Shown here piece by piece: positions 30,291 to 44,029 of a stretch of DNA of 64,000 nt. The position numbers and the translations under genes are program-made. Positions within the stretch are counted from its first letter, which is position 1; every line of letters starts with the position of its first letter. Under the pieces are notes generated by a model. That model had not been told where the DNA came from. It saw only the letters and a list, made by a program, of their open reading frames with translations, and ran no database searches. Origin of the DNA: Paraspadella gotoi (Eukaryota; Animalia; Chaetognatha); the NCBI GenBank assembly GCA_051294375.1, contig CM119265.1, positions 20,680,221 through 20,744,220 on the forward strand. The letters run 5' to 3'.

Positions 30291-31019
30291 GTGGTTGTGG
30301 AGGGGAAGGAGGGCTCGGCGCCGATTCGAGGGACGGAGAACGCCGAAATGGCGGCGCTGATCGAATGAAATGCAGTCGGTCTTTGTACGTGAACGGTCTG
30401 TGAGAGACAGGACGGGTCGTAGCTGCAGGTGATTATGATCACCCGATCACGTCGAGAAAGTCACCAGTGAATCTTTTTATCCTCGGCGTCCGACCGTCGG
30501 ACCCTCGGCTCGGTAGTTTGGCTAAAAAAAATTGAATTCAAAATTTAAATTTTTTAATCAGTGATCGAAATTAAATTATAGAAATAAATCCCAAATTATC
30601 TATAATAATATATCAAGCATTCGCTGCGTTGTAAAAATCAGAGGATGTGATTTTTTTTGTAAATATAGCATATTCAACCAAAATTTAAGAATTTATTTTT
30701 TTATTTTGGTACGAAAACGAGCATTCCGACGGTTTTTTTTAATGTTTTTAATCTAATTAACGTAATAATAATTCACTTTGTTTTCAGACAAGAGACAAAC
30801 AAAAATTATAGAAAGAGACGAAGAGTTACAGAAAGTTAAAAATAAAAAGGAGGGCGAGAAGAGAAGAGATAGAGTGGGTTGATAATAAAAGAGATAAAGT
30901 TAGAGAGGGTGAAATAAAAAAGAAATTTTATTTTGTCGGAACGTCTCAACGATTTCTCATTTCGATTCAAACTTGACGCCAAATTGGATAAATGACTTTT
31001 TGGCCGAGATTATAAATTC

Positions 31020-31930
31020 TAACAAAATAGGGAAGGAAAAAATAGAAGAAGAGAGAAGAAAAGATAAAAGAAAAGAAAGAAAAGAGAAAGATAAAGAAAG
31101 AAAGAAAGGGGGGAGAAGGCGGAGGGTGGGGAGGGGAGGAGGGGGGGGACGACGGGGGGAGGAGGAGAGGCGGAGCGGGGGACATGTGTGGTGCGAGGGC
31201 GGTCGGGACCGGGGAGAGTGAAAGGAGGAGGCGGGTGCGGAGGGAGAGGGGGGCGGAAGAGCGGAGGGAAAGGCAGAAGAAAAAAAAAAAGGAAAAATGG
31301 GGGCGTATGAATCCGGGTGACATAACAATAAGAGGAACAACGAAGGGGAAAAACAAAAAATAAAAGAAAGGGGAAAAAAGAGGAAGGGTGAGGGGCGGGG
31401 GGAGGGGGACGTCAGGGGACAAGGGGTAAAAACAGCGGGTGAAAAGGAAGGAAAGGGAGTCCGAGGGAGGAAAAAAAAGGAAAATGGAGGTAAAGAGGAC
31501 GGGAATAGGAGAAGGAGAGGGGTCGGGAAGGGGGAGGAAGGATGGGGGAAAGGGGGGGGAGAGAAAGGGGAGGGGTGGTGGTGGGGAAGGGGACACGGGG
31601 GGGGAGAGGAACAAGGCTGCATGGGTGGGTGGGGAACACGGGCGGGGAGGGAAAGGGGGGAAGAAGAGGTGAAAGACAAAGGAGGAAAACGACAAAGAAC
31701 GGGGGACGGGGTGAGGTGGGGGACGGGGACAAAAGGGGCGGCGGCGGACAACGAGCGAGGGTCGGCGGGGCGGGGGCGGAAAATGCAATCTGAGCGTAGC
31801 TGGGTACGGGTGGAAAAAAAAGAGGGAGAGGAGGAGTACGCGGAAGGAAGGGCGGGAGGGAGGAAAGAAAGTAAAGAGAAGAAAGAAAGAAGAGAGGGAG
31901 AGGATAGACAAGTAGAGAAAAGAGGAGTTG
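31020..31930. other. Extremely purine/G-rich low-complexity tract (probably low-quality read-derived sequence)
   Basis: Almost only A/G on the + strand with aperiodic G runs; the overlapping ORFs are Pro/Ser/Phe/Leu low-complexity artefacts. Confidence 0.6.
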
Positions 31931-32099
31931 GGCTGTCGGAAACTTTTGAACCAAGCTTTCTTTCGTTAAATTTATTAATTAATCGAAGGGGCATTTACGA
32001 ATTTCAAAAAAAAGCCCCAAAAAACCCGGGAGTGGAATAAACAAGCCAACGAATATACGCCCCATTCGTCAGTGTTTGCTTAAAAAGCTCCGCTGACCC

Positions 32100-32107
32100 T
32101 ATTTATA
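32100..32107 (-). promoter_or_regulatory. Candidate TATA box for hemicentin (would imply a 5'-UTR intron ending near 30522)
   Basis: GTATAAATAGG on the minus strand. A strong acceptor TTTTTTTTAG|C lies at 30522-30531, upstream of the ATG, with an in-frame stop between acceptor and ATG. Confidence 0.25.
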
Positions 32108-35100
32108 CACGCCCTCCGGGCCATTGACAGCCTTATTTTTTTCCCGCGCGCAGATGCTAAACGGCTTTCAGGTACGGCGTTTCGATCTTCGCGAAGACTC
32201 GCTCTCTCTCTCTCTCTCGTCTCTCTCTCCTGCCCCCCTCTCTCTCTCTCTCATCTCTCTCTCTCTCTCTCTCTCTCTTTCGTTGTCCGGAATTTTTTTT
32301 TTTTTTTCGTAGAGAAAATATTGTTTTGACTTTAAACTTTTAAAGGCTATTTTTTAAAAAAGTCATTTTTAAGGAGAATGCTGCGGAGAGAGTTTTTTTT
32401 TTTTTTTGGAAAGGCACCCTGCGATATATTATGGATTCGGGATTTTATTTATTGATTTCGTGAATTTAATCCGACGAATAAATCATCAACTTTCTGCCAC
32501 GCTTTGTATCGCTATCCATCCTAGGCGAAGTGAGATGATGAGAGCAGAGAGAGAAGAAGGGAGACGAGAAGGAGATGAGAGAGAGAAGAGAGAGAAGAGA
32601 GAGAGAGAGAGGAGAGAGAGAGATCGCTTTTAGTTTTTACGCTTAAATAATCTTTCACAGAGAATTATTATTTTGGATTTTTTTCTGTCTTCGTCTCCTT
32701 CCTTGCATCTATTTTCTCCCTCTCAGCCTTTTTCCATTATTTCCTTCCCCATTTCTTTCTCTTCTCCCTTCCTTATTCCTTTCCCTTTTCTTTTTGTCGC
32801 TTCCCTTTTCCTTTTTCCCCTTCCCCCCCTCCGCCGCCCCCCCCCCAAGAGCCGGTCTCGAAAATGGGGCAGACAACGGGAGTTCAGACGATACTATTCT
32901 GCCCCGGAGATAGGCCAGGGGGTGGGGGGGGGGTCCGGGCTTGTGGGAATAAGTGGGGATTTGGGCGAAGGGATTGGAATAGGGAAGCTTGTGTGATAAT
33001 AAATAATAAGTAGTAACGCGAGTCTTGTGAAATGGAGAAAACGAACCAGTTAATGGAATAAAAATAGGTGAAGGAGGAGGAGTTTGTAACTGAGATAAGG
33101 GCAGGCAATGAGAAAGGGTGAAACTTTTCTGGAAAGTCATACAAACCGAAGAACACTTAAAGGGGTGGACGATGAGAAGAACTGGGTTGAGGAGAGAGAG
33201 ANNNNNNNNNNGAGAGTAAGAGTCTGTTCGAAAGAAAAAATATGTTTGATAGGAGTCGAAGACAAATTTGTTTGGTGAAGACTCTCCTAATAAGAAATAT
33301 GCGACCAGTTGGGAGAGAGGGAGTGAAGGAGAATGATCGGAGAGGGAGAGCGTGAAAGAGTGAGAGGGACGCGAAAGGGATTCACTGAAATTGAGAAGAG
33401 GAGAGAGAAAAGTAAAGAGAAAGAATAAAAGGAAAGTAAAACAGGGAAGAAAAAGAGAAAGCAACGGGGAAAAATTCAGTTATCAAACAGAAAACAGGGA
33501 AAGTGTCAGAAGAGATTGCGTAAAAATGAAACATTTGCATGGCATTGAATGGCAGTGAATTGAATTGGGTTGAATGGAAGGAGGTAAAAAATACAATTGA
33601 ATGTAGTTGAATTGAATAAAAATGGCAGAGAGAGAAAAGCTTTTCTTTTTTTTTTTGCTCTTGGGGGAGAAAAAAGACCAATAAAAGGAAGGAAAAAAAA
33701 TCAGAGAGAATTTGGGTCAAAAGTCGACGTTTGATTTGATTGAACGTCATCTTCATCGTCATCATCATCATCTTCATCTTCCAAAAAAAAAAAAGAAGTT
33801 ATCTTAAACAGAAGAAAGGCGCTCGCTTTGATTGAACGCCGAGATGGCAATAAAGCTCACCCATTTTCCCCTTTGACCTATCTTCGGATATTCTTCGTTT
33901 ATATTCGATCCCGAGTTTCACGTTCGAGTGGAAACTCACTCTCATCCCTCATTCAAGTTGTGATCCTCAAACCTTACTGTTATTCATCCAATTCCGTACT
34001 ACATCCACCCCCTCCCACCTCTCAACTCAACTCCTATTTCTCAATTTCCCCTGTTATCTCCCTTTCCTTTTCCCCCGCTCCCTCTCCCCGCCTGAACTTG
34101 CGACCTCTCGCGAAAGAAACGACGATAAAACTACTCTGACCCCGAAAGGCGCTTTGCCCCCCCTTTTTGACGTCCCCCCCCCTCTGGCCCCTCCGTTCTC
34201 CGGCTTTTTACGGTCGCCCTTGGCAACATCGGATAAAATTTTTCTTCCCCGCTTTATATGAGGAGATTGTACGCGTTGTACTCGATTCGTTCCTCGGCGG
34301 ACTAATTAAAGGCATCGCTCGAATTCCGCGCGAATTCAGTCAAAGTTCGATCCTTTATTTTCTTTTTCATCCCCGGCCTTTTACTCACACTGCCACCCCC
34401 CCCCCATGCACGTACCACTCGGTTTTTGATCCATACCGCCTTTTCCGGACGTTGCGCCATTTTTACGAGCGCTTCCGCAAAAGGGTGGTGTTATGCCTCC
34501 CTGGCGAGGTTAAATCCAAAGAGAAAAAAAAATTATATTTTAGCCTTTTTTCGGTTATTTATTGTAGTTAAAGAGTTGGCGCTTCACCGTTGGTAGCAAC
34601 AATGGCTCAATTAAGGATCCCTGTAATGTTTGAAAAAGCTTTGGATAACACCGATTCTCAAAACACTCCGAGTCTTCACATTGACCTTTGAACTCTTACA
34701 TGAGCAATATTGCGTCCTAACAAATCTCCAGGAAGTGGCGCTTATTAAAAAAAAGCGGAAACTCTCGGTTTTAAACAACAGGCGTTTTCTTGGTTTTAAT
34801 TGGGCATCGAGATGAAGTGATTAAACTCAGAAATTTTAGGGTTTTTTTTTTTCTTTCTTTCTCTTTTATTCTTAATTTTGAAAAGGATTTTCTTTCTTTT
34901 ATTAAGTCCCGCAGCTGTTGAGCTCCTTTTTTTTCTTACTTGATCTAGTTTTTTTCTAACTCTCTCCTAAGAAATTCCTTACTCAGGAATTTCTGTTTTG
35001 CAAGGAAAAAAAATGATTTGAAACTGGGTCGAGCTTTAAGATAAAATTTTAAACGAAAAAGTATTGGGAGACGAAAAACTCTTGACCTCTAATGCCTTGA

Positions 35101-36527
35101 TCGAACTCTATATCTTCTGTAAACTGAAAGCCATAATGATCATTCAAGGGCCTCTCAGTCTCACGCCTCATATGACCAGCGCAAGTTGATGAGTCCAACG
35201 ACCCTTAGAATGATCCTTATCCTTATCCTCTTATTTCGACTTTCTGCTCATCAACGTTTATTGCGAAAGATCGCCCTTTCTTTCCTTAACTCATAAACAA
35301 AAACCCCTTTACTTATCCAAACTTTCTTTCTCTTTTCGTTTTCGTGTATTTGGATTAATTGTATTATTTCCCTTTTTCCACCTCAACAATTCTTAGCTTC
35401 TATCTTCGCGAATAAAAACTTTTCTACCTCAAAACTGTACCCCAACCATTCGCAAATCACCTGTTGCTAATACATCAAATATCCTACTGACCGATATCGC
35501 ACTGTACCAATCGAGTAAATCAGATTCCTACTTTCTTTATCTGCTTCATTCATTACGTCTTCACATTTCCTTCACACCATATTCCCAATCCCCCATACGC
35601 AGGCTAACCCCCATCGCCATCTCCTTTTCTCCTTTCCATCTTTCCCCTCCCCCCCAACCCTTTAACTGCCTTCAACCTCATCAACCCCCCCCCCAAGTTT
35701 CCCCTTTCTCACATTTCTCCGCGATTTTTCCCCACGAAGAATCCGACCCCCACTTACCCCCGCCCCCCCCCCTCCACCGCGAAAATCTCCAGATGCAAAC
35801 GTCGGCGATTTATTTAGCTCCTCTTCCTCCCTCATGTTTTGGGTTTTCTCAAAGGAAAAAAGGCCGCCGGGGCGGATGGTCGGGATCAAAACTCGTGTCA
35901 AACTTTATCGAGGAGAATGAAGGAAAAAATAAAAGGGAGAGAGAGAGAAAAAAAGAGGCAGAAATATGGATCGCGGATTCTAACCTCGTTTGCTCGACGA
36001 TCGCTCTGGTTTTGGTACTCTATTTCAACGTTGTGGGTCTCGTGCTTTCTTTTTTTTGGGGGGCCCTGCTTTTTTTTTCTACTTTTCTTTCTTCCTGGAC
36101 GTCTTGCTCTCCTTCTTTTGCTTTTTTTTTTAATACTCATTTTGTCTCGCTTTTATCTTCCTTGCTTTTGTTCCGTAGTAGGTATTGTCAGTTTATTCCT
36201 GTCTGTGTGTCAGTCTTTTTATAAGTTTGTCTGTCTATCTTTCTCTTTTGGTCCGACGGTTTCTCCCTGGGTCTATCCTCTAGGGTTAAAACATATTTTT
36301 CCAAAAAAATTTATGAGGACATTTATGGAGTTCGTTAGAGAAATAACAACAGGGAAAGAAAGCGACGGCGAATGTACGTCCCAGTCTTTTCAATTAAGAT
36401 AATAGTTACTCATGGCTCTTATCTCTGATTCGTATCTATGTCCATCAAAAGAAAATAAACATCAAAGGAAAACAAAACATTTGATAAAAACAAAAGATAG
36501 CATTCTGTATATAGAAACAGAGAGAGA

Positions 36528-36578
<51 letters not shown>

Positions 36579-36944
36579 CGTGATTTAGATCTTAAATTGT
36601 GATTGCGTGTTATTCTTCTCCTTTTTCCATTCTCGAAGTCAAGATCGAACATGGGTTTTTCACTTGGAGTGTGATTCGACTCCTTGATAAGGAATTACGA
36701 CTTACTTTGATCGTCAAAGATATATATTTAATCCAAAGAGCGTGAAGACGATTTAAAAAACGTTAAAACGAGGCTCCGAAAATAGTAAACAAAAACAAAT
36801 ATAAAAAACGTTTTGTCGATAAATCGAGAATGAATACTTTCGATTGTCGATTTAAATTCATTGGGAGAAAAGTTTTCGCCCACCTCTCCCCCCTCCACCT
36901 TCAAAAAAAGTGAAGAGAATCTAATTTTTTGATTTAAACGGAAA

Positions 36945-37441
36945 GGAATTCGGGGTCTACCGGGTTCCCCTTTCGCCGCTACCGGGTTTTTTTTTTCATT
37001 TTTTAAATTTTTTTAAAAGTTGGTGAAGGGGCCGAATTTGTTTAGAATGCCGGCCGAATGTTTTTTTTTAAAAGAAATCTGAAGGGTGGGGGGTAGAGTT
37101 GTAAAAAAAAAAAAAACTGGTAAAGAGATGGAAAAAAAATTCATGAAAACAGAGAGAAAGGAAGTGTTGTGGCGGTTTTTATTTAAAAAAAAAATAGGGA
37201 GAAAACCGATATTACTGTTAATTCCACCGCAGTTTATTTATTTATTTATTTATTTTTTTCATTTTGAATGAAATGCCGGTAATGTTTTTATAATTGAGGT
37301 CGATGACACTGATATTTTATGCCGTAAAACGATATGTGGCGAGTCTTTTTTCTCTTTCACCAATTTTCGTAAAGTGAATTTTTTTTTTTAAAGTTTAACG
37401 GCGTCGAGAAGTTAGGAGGTTCCTAACTTTTTTATTTTGGA

Positions 37442-37478
<37 letters not shown>

Positions 37479-40400
37479 CTTAGAACTGCTTGAGATTCTT
37501 TCTCTCACAAAGAAGATTTTAAAGTTACATAGAGGAATGAGAATGTCGCCCATTCGAAAAAAAAGGACTTTGTTTCAAGAGATATGAAAAAAGGATTAAC
37601 TTCAATATTCTAAGACGAAGTAGAAAATTTAACAAGAAAAAAAAAAGAGGCGACGAAAATGATCGATAAAATCTGACGAACGATGAGTTGAGAGATGAGC
37701 GATAGAAAAAAGTGAGAGACCGAGATGAAAGATGAGATGAGAAATTAAAAATTCGAATGAGAAATTAAAATTTGACGAGAGCTAAAAATTTCCGGACGAA
37801 AGATGGAAACGCTCGTCGCGTCTACGCTGAAGACTCTTCAGTCGCGTCGGCGACGGAAGGTGATCCCCGGAGACCTTGACGAGACAGCGTTCGACGACGA
37901 TCACGACGACGGTGACGACGAAGAACCCGACGAAAATGACGCGCTCAAAAGGCCTTTAATGACCCAATAAGAGGTTGTAAAAGATGAAGTCGAAATCTTC
38001 ATGGGGAGTCCGCGATCGAGTGAAGCGCCTTTGTCGTGCCGGTGAAGACGATGACGATGACGATTGCGAGACGATAACGACGATGATGAAGAAGACGGTG
38101 ACGTCGATGACGACAATGAGGACGAAGGCGAAGACGACGACAATAACGACCATTATCGTATCTTCGCGTCGCGGAGAAAAACCAGGGAAATAAGCGAAGA
38201 GAGAGAGAGAGATGATGATGAGGAGAGAGAGATGAGGATGAGAGAGATGAGGAGGAGGAGCAGCGAGAGAGATGGAGAGATGGAGAAATTTCGGAATTCG
38301 CGTGATATTCATCGTTTTTTTTTTTCTTTTTTGTTTCTTTTTTTTCTACAAAAAATTCTCCTTTTCTTTAAATCGATCGTTTTTTGTTGTTTGTTTCGTT
38401 CGTCGTCGTCGTCGCTTTTAGGCCGAACGTTACAGATCTCGTTAAGGTTCGTCTTCTTTTTGTCGTCGCGACTCGTCTTTCCGGTCCGTTTTCGCGTAAC
38501 GGACCCTCGCCGTCATAACAGGACGGCGTAAAGAGTTTCCGNNNNNNNNNNNNNNNNNNNNNNNNNNNNNNNNNNNNNNNNNNNNNNNNNNNNNNNNNNN
38601 NNNNNNNNNNNNNNNNNNNNNNNNNNNNNNNNNNNNNNNNNNNNNNNNNNNNNNNNNNNNNNNNNNNNNNNNNNNNNNNNNNNNNNNNNNNNNNNNNNNN
38701 NNNNNNNNNNNNNNNNNNNNNNNNNNNNNNNNNNNNNNNNNNNNNNNNNNNNNNNNNNNNNNNNNNNNNNNNNNNNNNNNNNNNNNNNNNNNNNNNNNNN
38801 NNNNNNNNNNNNNNNNNNNNNNNNNNNNNNNNNNNNNNNNNNNNNNNNNNNNNNNNNNNNNNNNNNNNNNNNNNNNNNNNNNNNNNNNNNNNNNNNNNNN
38901 NNNNNNNNNNNNNNNNNNNNNNNNNNNNNNNNNNNNNNNNNNNNNNNNNNNNNNNNNNNNNNNNNNNNNNNNNNNNNNNNNNNNNNNNNNNNNNNNNNNN
39001 NNNNNNNNNNNNNNNNNNNNNNNNNNNNNNNNNNNNNNNNNNNNNNNNNNNNNNNNNNNNNNNNNNNNNNNNNNNNNNNNNNNNNNNNNNNNNNNNNNNN
39101 NNNNNNNNNNNNNNNNNNNNNNNNNNNNNNNNNNNNNNNNNNNNNNNNNNNNNNNNNNNNNNNNNNNNNNNNNNNNNNNNNNNNNNNNNNNNNNNNNNNN
39201 NNNNNNNNNNNNNNNNNNNNNNNNNNNNTTTTAAAAGTAATCTTTCTCGTCATTTCCTCTTTTTCCTCTCTTCTCTTCCTCTCCCTTTGTTCTTATGTCT
39301 AATCTCCAATTCGTCGTTTTGATTCCCAGATCACCCACGGCGCTCGCGATTGTCCCCCTCGTCCCTAGTCGTCGTCCTCATCCCTAATAATAATTAAATT
39401 TGACGCATTTCAGTTTTCACTCTCGATCCGCGACGATCGACGATAGACCAGACGGGTCCTCGTCACGAGTCAACGTTTCGAAATTGTGAACGGGGGAGAT
39501 CCCGCTTTGTGACTTTCGAGTCGGCGGACGGAAAGCAGGCGAATACATTTGAGAGTAATATCACAGGCAGGGATTTAAAAAGTTAAGAAAAGGTATGACT
39601 ATGAGTGAGATATCTTAATTGAGTTAATAAATGTGGAAAAATAGTAAGATTACTTACGAATTGGAAAGATATTTGAAAAGAGTAAAGGCGATGTGAAAAA
39701 GCGATTGAAAGATGCGAGAGAGCGATAGACATAAAGTTGAAGGAGCGATGAATGGNNNNNNNNNNNNNNNNNNNNNNNNNATCGCTGAGAAGGTTTTTCT
39801 CATGAGCGTTGAATTACGATGGTTTACGATACGCGCGTGCGATGGAGAGAGATGAGAGATCGGTTACAGGGGCGGGTGGAGGTTTGGATGTCTCAATCTG
39901 AATTTTGTTTATTTATTGATATAATATTTTTTTTCAAACTTGAAAAAATCAACTTTGAATTAGAGTTGAGGGAATCAAGGCAGTAGTTTTTTCTCTCGAC
40001 AGAAGATACAGTATCGTTCCCGTGTATACTCTATGTTCTATTTACTTGATGCCCATTTTGGCTTACAATAGTTTTTTTAAAATTTGACCTAACTACCCGT
40101 ACATTTTTTAGTGGGGTTTTGAATAATAACGAGAAACATTTCCAGCTCCGCACTTGGTCGCCAACACTGTCCCCACTCACAGTTCATGACAAGCAGCTGC
40201 TTGCATCTTCGCCAAGACAGTTTTCTTGCCAAAATAAACTGGTTTCGGCGGTCGAGGCGACCGGATCGTTCCTCGGTTGTGCCGCCGATTCCTTTACTTC
40301 GGTTAACATCCGGGAATTTTGAGACGATCCTTTGCTTCACCCCCCGGCATGAAGTTCTTCCGGCGTGGAGGCTGGCGGAGGCGGCGGTGCGGCGGGCGTC

Positions 40401-43130
40401 GGCCGCAATCGGCAGTGTGAATCGTCGTCGTAGGTCCACACTTCTTTTCCGCTTGTTTATCTTTGTGAGGTCGTCCTGCTGCTCTGCTTGCTGATGTTTT
40501 CGGCGGAAGCTCGATGATTGGCTGCTGCTGCTGATTCCGTTGATCTATGCTTGGTGACGAAGACGATGTATATAGAGTTGCTGTCGCTTTGATAATGGAG
40601 CTGCCTGTTGTTGCTTGCAATTTCCGCAGCCCCGTGCGTTTGATCATCGACCGCCGTGATGGAAATCGTCGTATTTTCGTGCGCCAGGTTTTCGCTTCTT
40701 CCGTCGATTTCGGCAGAGATCCCGTTAAAACTTTCGGCCCGCCGCCGCTGCGCTGCCGCCGCCGCTGACGCTGCTTGCCGGCGCCTTACAATTCTTTTCG
40801 CGCTCTCCTTTTCACCGTCCGATGTTGGCGTCGTGCGGAAAAAGAATGTAGTAAACTTAAAATCTTAACGTCGCACGCCGCCGCCGACAGCCGCCAACCG
40901 CCGCCGCCGACGCCTGGACGCCGAGAGGACGGCCGGATATTTGCCTATTGATCGACGCCGCCGACCCTTTTTGGACGTCCGCGGCTGAAAAATCGCGGCT
41001 CTGATCCATGAGATGTGAGCGTGACCCGGCGGATGATGAAGATGAAGAGAAGATGACGTGAGAGATGAGAGGATGGATAATTGCAGTCTTGCTGAGGCGC
41101 GGATAGTAGTAAAGGATAAAGAAATTTTAATAGAGAAAAAGCGTTTTTTTTCGAATATACAAAATACATCACGAGTACGGGAGCTCGTAAGCGCAAAAAG
41201 AAAGATGGGTGATACTAAGACTTTACAGATTGGTGCAATGTTCTCGGGTATAATGGGGCCGTTATGAGATCAAGCGGATGGGTAATAATAAGAGAATCAG
41301 TAAATCATCTGAGGTCAGAAGCAAAGGATCTAGATCCAAAATTTTGTGCCTTTGGTATTTTCCTCATTTCCGTTTTGTAAGCATTCTCTCTCTTCGCTTT
41401 GCTCTATCTACCTCTGCTCTCACTCATTGCATACATGCTCTCGCTGGTCGTTGGCTCTCTATCTCGTTTCTTCTCTCTTCACTTTATTTATTCCCCGTTG
41501 GTGTCTTCATATTCGAAGGGCTCTCTGACTATCTCGTGGTTGATTCCGATTTCGCATATATACATTTACGCAAACGTATATTGCCTTCTCTCTCGAAAGA
41601 TGAATGTCAATCTGCAACTCTGTTCTGTCTTTGACGCGCGCTCCCAGAGTTATTTTCGGTTACCGTCTGGTAGAGACGCGCGCAATATCGACGGCATCAT
41701 AAGATGTTCTCTTGTTAATCCAGGCATTTCAATTCAATTCTGAATGTCAAATATTTTAGTTTGTTTTATATAGCTTGTGACGTGATATTTGTCTAATTCT
41801 TCAGCGTTTTTTTTTTTCGTTCTTCTCACCTTATTACTGCACCCTCGACGCGTTACTCGGGACTATTGTGTTCGCTAAATTGTTCGGTATACTACTTCTA
41901 GCATGGATTAATTATCAAGATACTTTTTTCGTATAAAGTTTCGTCAGAGCAGCTGTCGAAGGAAGATTCTTTCAGCTTTTTTGACCGCTCCAATCGTTGG
42001 ATTTTCCTGGCACCGGCTGTCGGCCTGTCGGCCTGTCGGCCTGTCAGCCCGAAAATCGTTTCGGTTTTCCGAAACGAATTCTTGAGAATGTTCGGCTCGA
42101 GACCGATAGGAGTACGAATATTCTTCTTATTGTCCTCCTCGCTCTGTGACTAACAATCTCTACATCTCTCTCATCGTCTCTCTCGTTACATAATATTGGC
42201 TTTTTGCTTCTGTGGACATCGAGGCGTGGTTGAGCGCTCTCGAGCAGCTCTGGGTCTAGAGGGACGGCGTCGTGGTAAAGAGATATAAATAAAGAGTCTC
42301 TGGCTATTCTTTGTATCAACGCGCCGTATTTTCCAATGGCGATGTGTAAACTCTCAATGATCGACGGGTTTTTATCTGGTAAATATTTTTCGAAAGAGGT
42401 CCTTACTTCTTCTTCTCTCATAATCCTACTTCTCTTGTTCACAATTTCGCACTTTTCTTACTTTATTTATTACTATGCTCCATTCATACTATCTCTTCTT
42501 TCTCCTCAAAAACCTCATGATCTGTCCTTTTAAGAAGATTCGAGAGGAGAAGAGTATTGAGAGATTGAGTAGACTCGGTAGTGACTCGGTATATAGATTC
42601 TGACGTGCCCTTTTCAACGACAATTCAGAACATAGGCAGGAGGAGTTGTCAAAGAGTACAAAGCCTCTTTACAATGTGATAAGATGTGTAGTTAGATAAA
42701 AAATAGTTCGGCTCGTTGCTCGTGCCATTCCTGAGACTGTTCTTTCATTTGCGAATGAAATTTATATATTCGATGTTTTTTTTTCTCCTCTCTGTGAGTC
42801 AATAGTGTACCGTTAACTTATTGTTATTATGTGTATTATTGTTATTCTGTAGTTAAGTTATTTTTCAATTTGTTTTTTTTTTGAATTTGCTATATTCTAT
42901 TCTCTAAGCAACTACTTCATACTCGAGTGTTTCTAATCTAAGAATCTTCTTGAATCATATACGCGATCGTTTTTGCGGCTCAAATCTCCACAAATAGGTT
43001 TATACTCGGTACCCGTATTCTCCTTGTCTTGTTCAATTACAAATGTGTTAGTATTTATTATTTTATAAATATCTTTTCTCCTTTTATACAATGCATACTA
43101 GTTTTCGCTGAGGACAGAAAAAATACGTGC
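36945..43130. repeat. Segmental duplicate, copy 1 (matches 59225-64000; 41100-43130 also matches 47570-48960)
   Basis: Shared unique strings: GACGCGCTCAAAAGGCCTTTAATGACCCAATAAG (37.94/60.42 kb), GACCAGACGGGTCCTCGTCACGAGTCAAC (39.45/61.99 kb), AGAGAATCAGTAAATCATCTGAG...GATCTAGATCCAAA (41.29/47.63/62.61 kb). Confidence 0.9.
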
Positions 43131-43209
43131 TGAGGCGACTTCAGGTGGCAGCTGTGGGTTAAGACAGGAGATGAGAGATTGAGAGGAGAGGAAGCGAAGG
43201 ATAGATCGA

Positions 43210-43240
<31 letters not shown>

Positions 43241-44029
43241 CGAGAGAAAGAATTAAATGGGGGATTTCAAGTCGTTTCTTTCGATAAAGAAAAACGATGA
43301 ATAAGAAAATTCCTTTTTGCTAGGAAATTACTCTCAACTTTATTCCTCGAGAAGGCGAAAGCGAAAAATCCATCCATTTTAAATTATTTCCTCTTCTCCT
43401 GAAGATGGAAAAACGAATTTGATTTTTCCTTACTTTTTTTTTTCTATTTTAACCTAATTTTTTTTTTATTTTTTTTTCTCTTACCCAGTTTCCCGTCGCG
43501 TTTTGCTGTTATTCTTTCTTTTTTCCCCCCGTCTATTCCCCTTTCCATTCTTGTTTTTTTCTTTCTCTTTTTTTTCCCATTCTCCCTCGTTTTTGCTTTT
43601 CTCTCTCTTTTTCGTTTTCCGTGAAGAGTTTTTTTATTTCTCTTTTTTATCCTTTCCTATCGAACAACATTGGTCTTTAAATTTTTTTGGTTTTTCCCTT
43701 CTTATTTTTTTATTTTTTTGGAAACATTTTTAATCTCTGAATGAATTACAAATCATTCATCTCATCTACTCTCATTACCTTTCATCTTCTTGTCCTCCTT
43801 TTTCTTCTTCTGTTTTATCTTTTTCTCCCCGTTACAGTATTTGTTTTAAATCTCATGCCATACTCTTAAATCTTGTCTTCACCCTTAATCAGATTCTCAA
43901 TCTCTTTTCTCAAATAACTCCTCTCTTAGGTCTCTCCTTTACTACTCTACTCTCTCTCTCGTGATAACACTGAATCCTAACTTCAGTGTATATATCTGAC
44001 TTTAAAACATACCGTCTTTTTTCCTTTAT

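Noticed and set aside
30957-33777. Long ORFs (345, 314, 251 aa) and G-quadruplex-like runs
   Set aside because: Extreme purine/pyrimidine strand bias suppresses stop codons; aperiodic, probably low-quality sequence.
38513-39253. 246-aa ORF and other X-rich ORFs (47.4-48.6 kb)
   Set aside because: They run through N gaps.
42015-42050. (CCTGTCGG)n 8-bp tandem repeat (also at 48243 and 63143) as a CRISPR- or iteron-like array
   Set aside because: Only 3-4 units with no spacers; the copies belong to the duplicated block; eukaryotic context.
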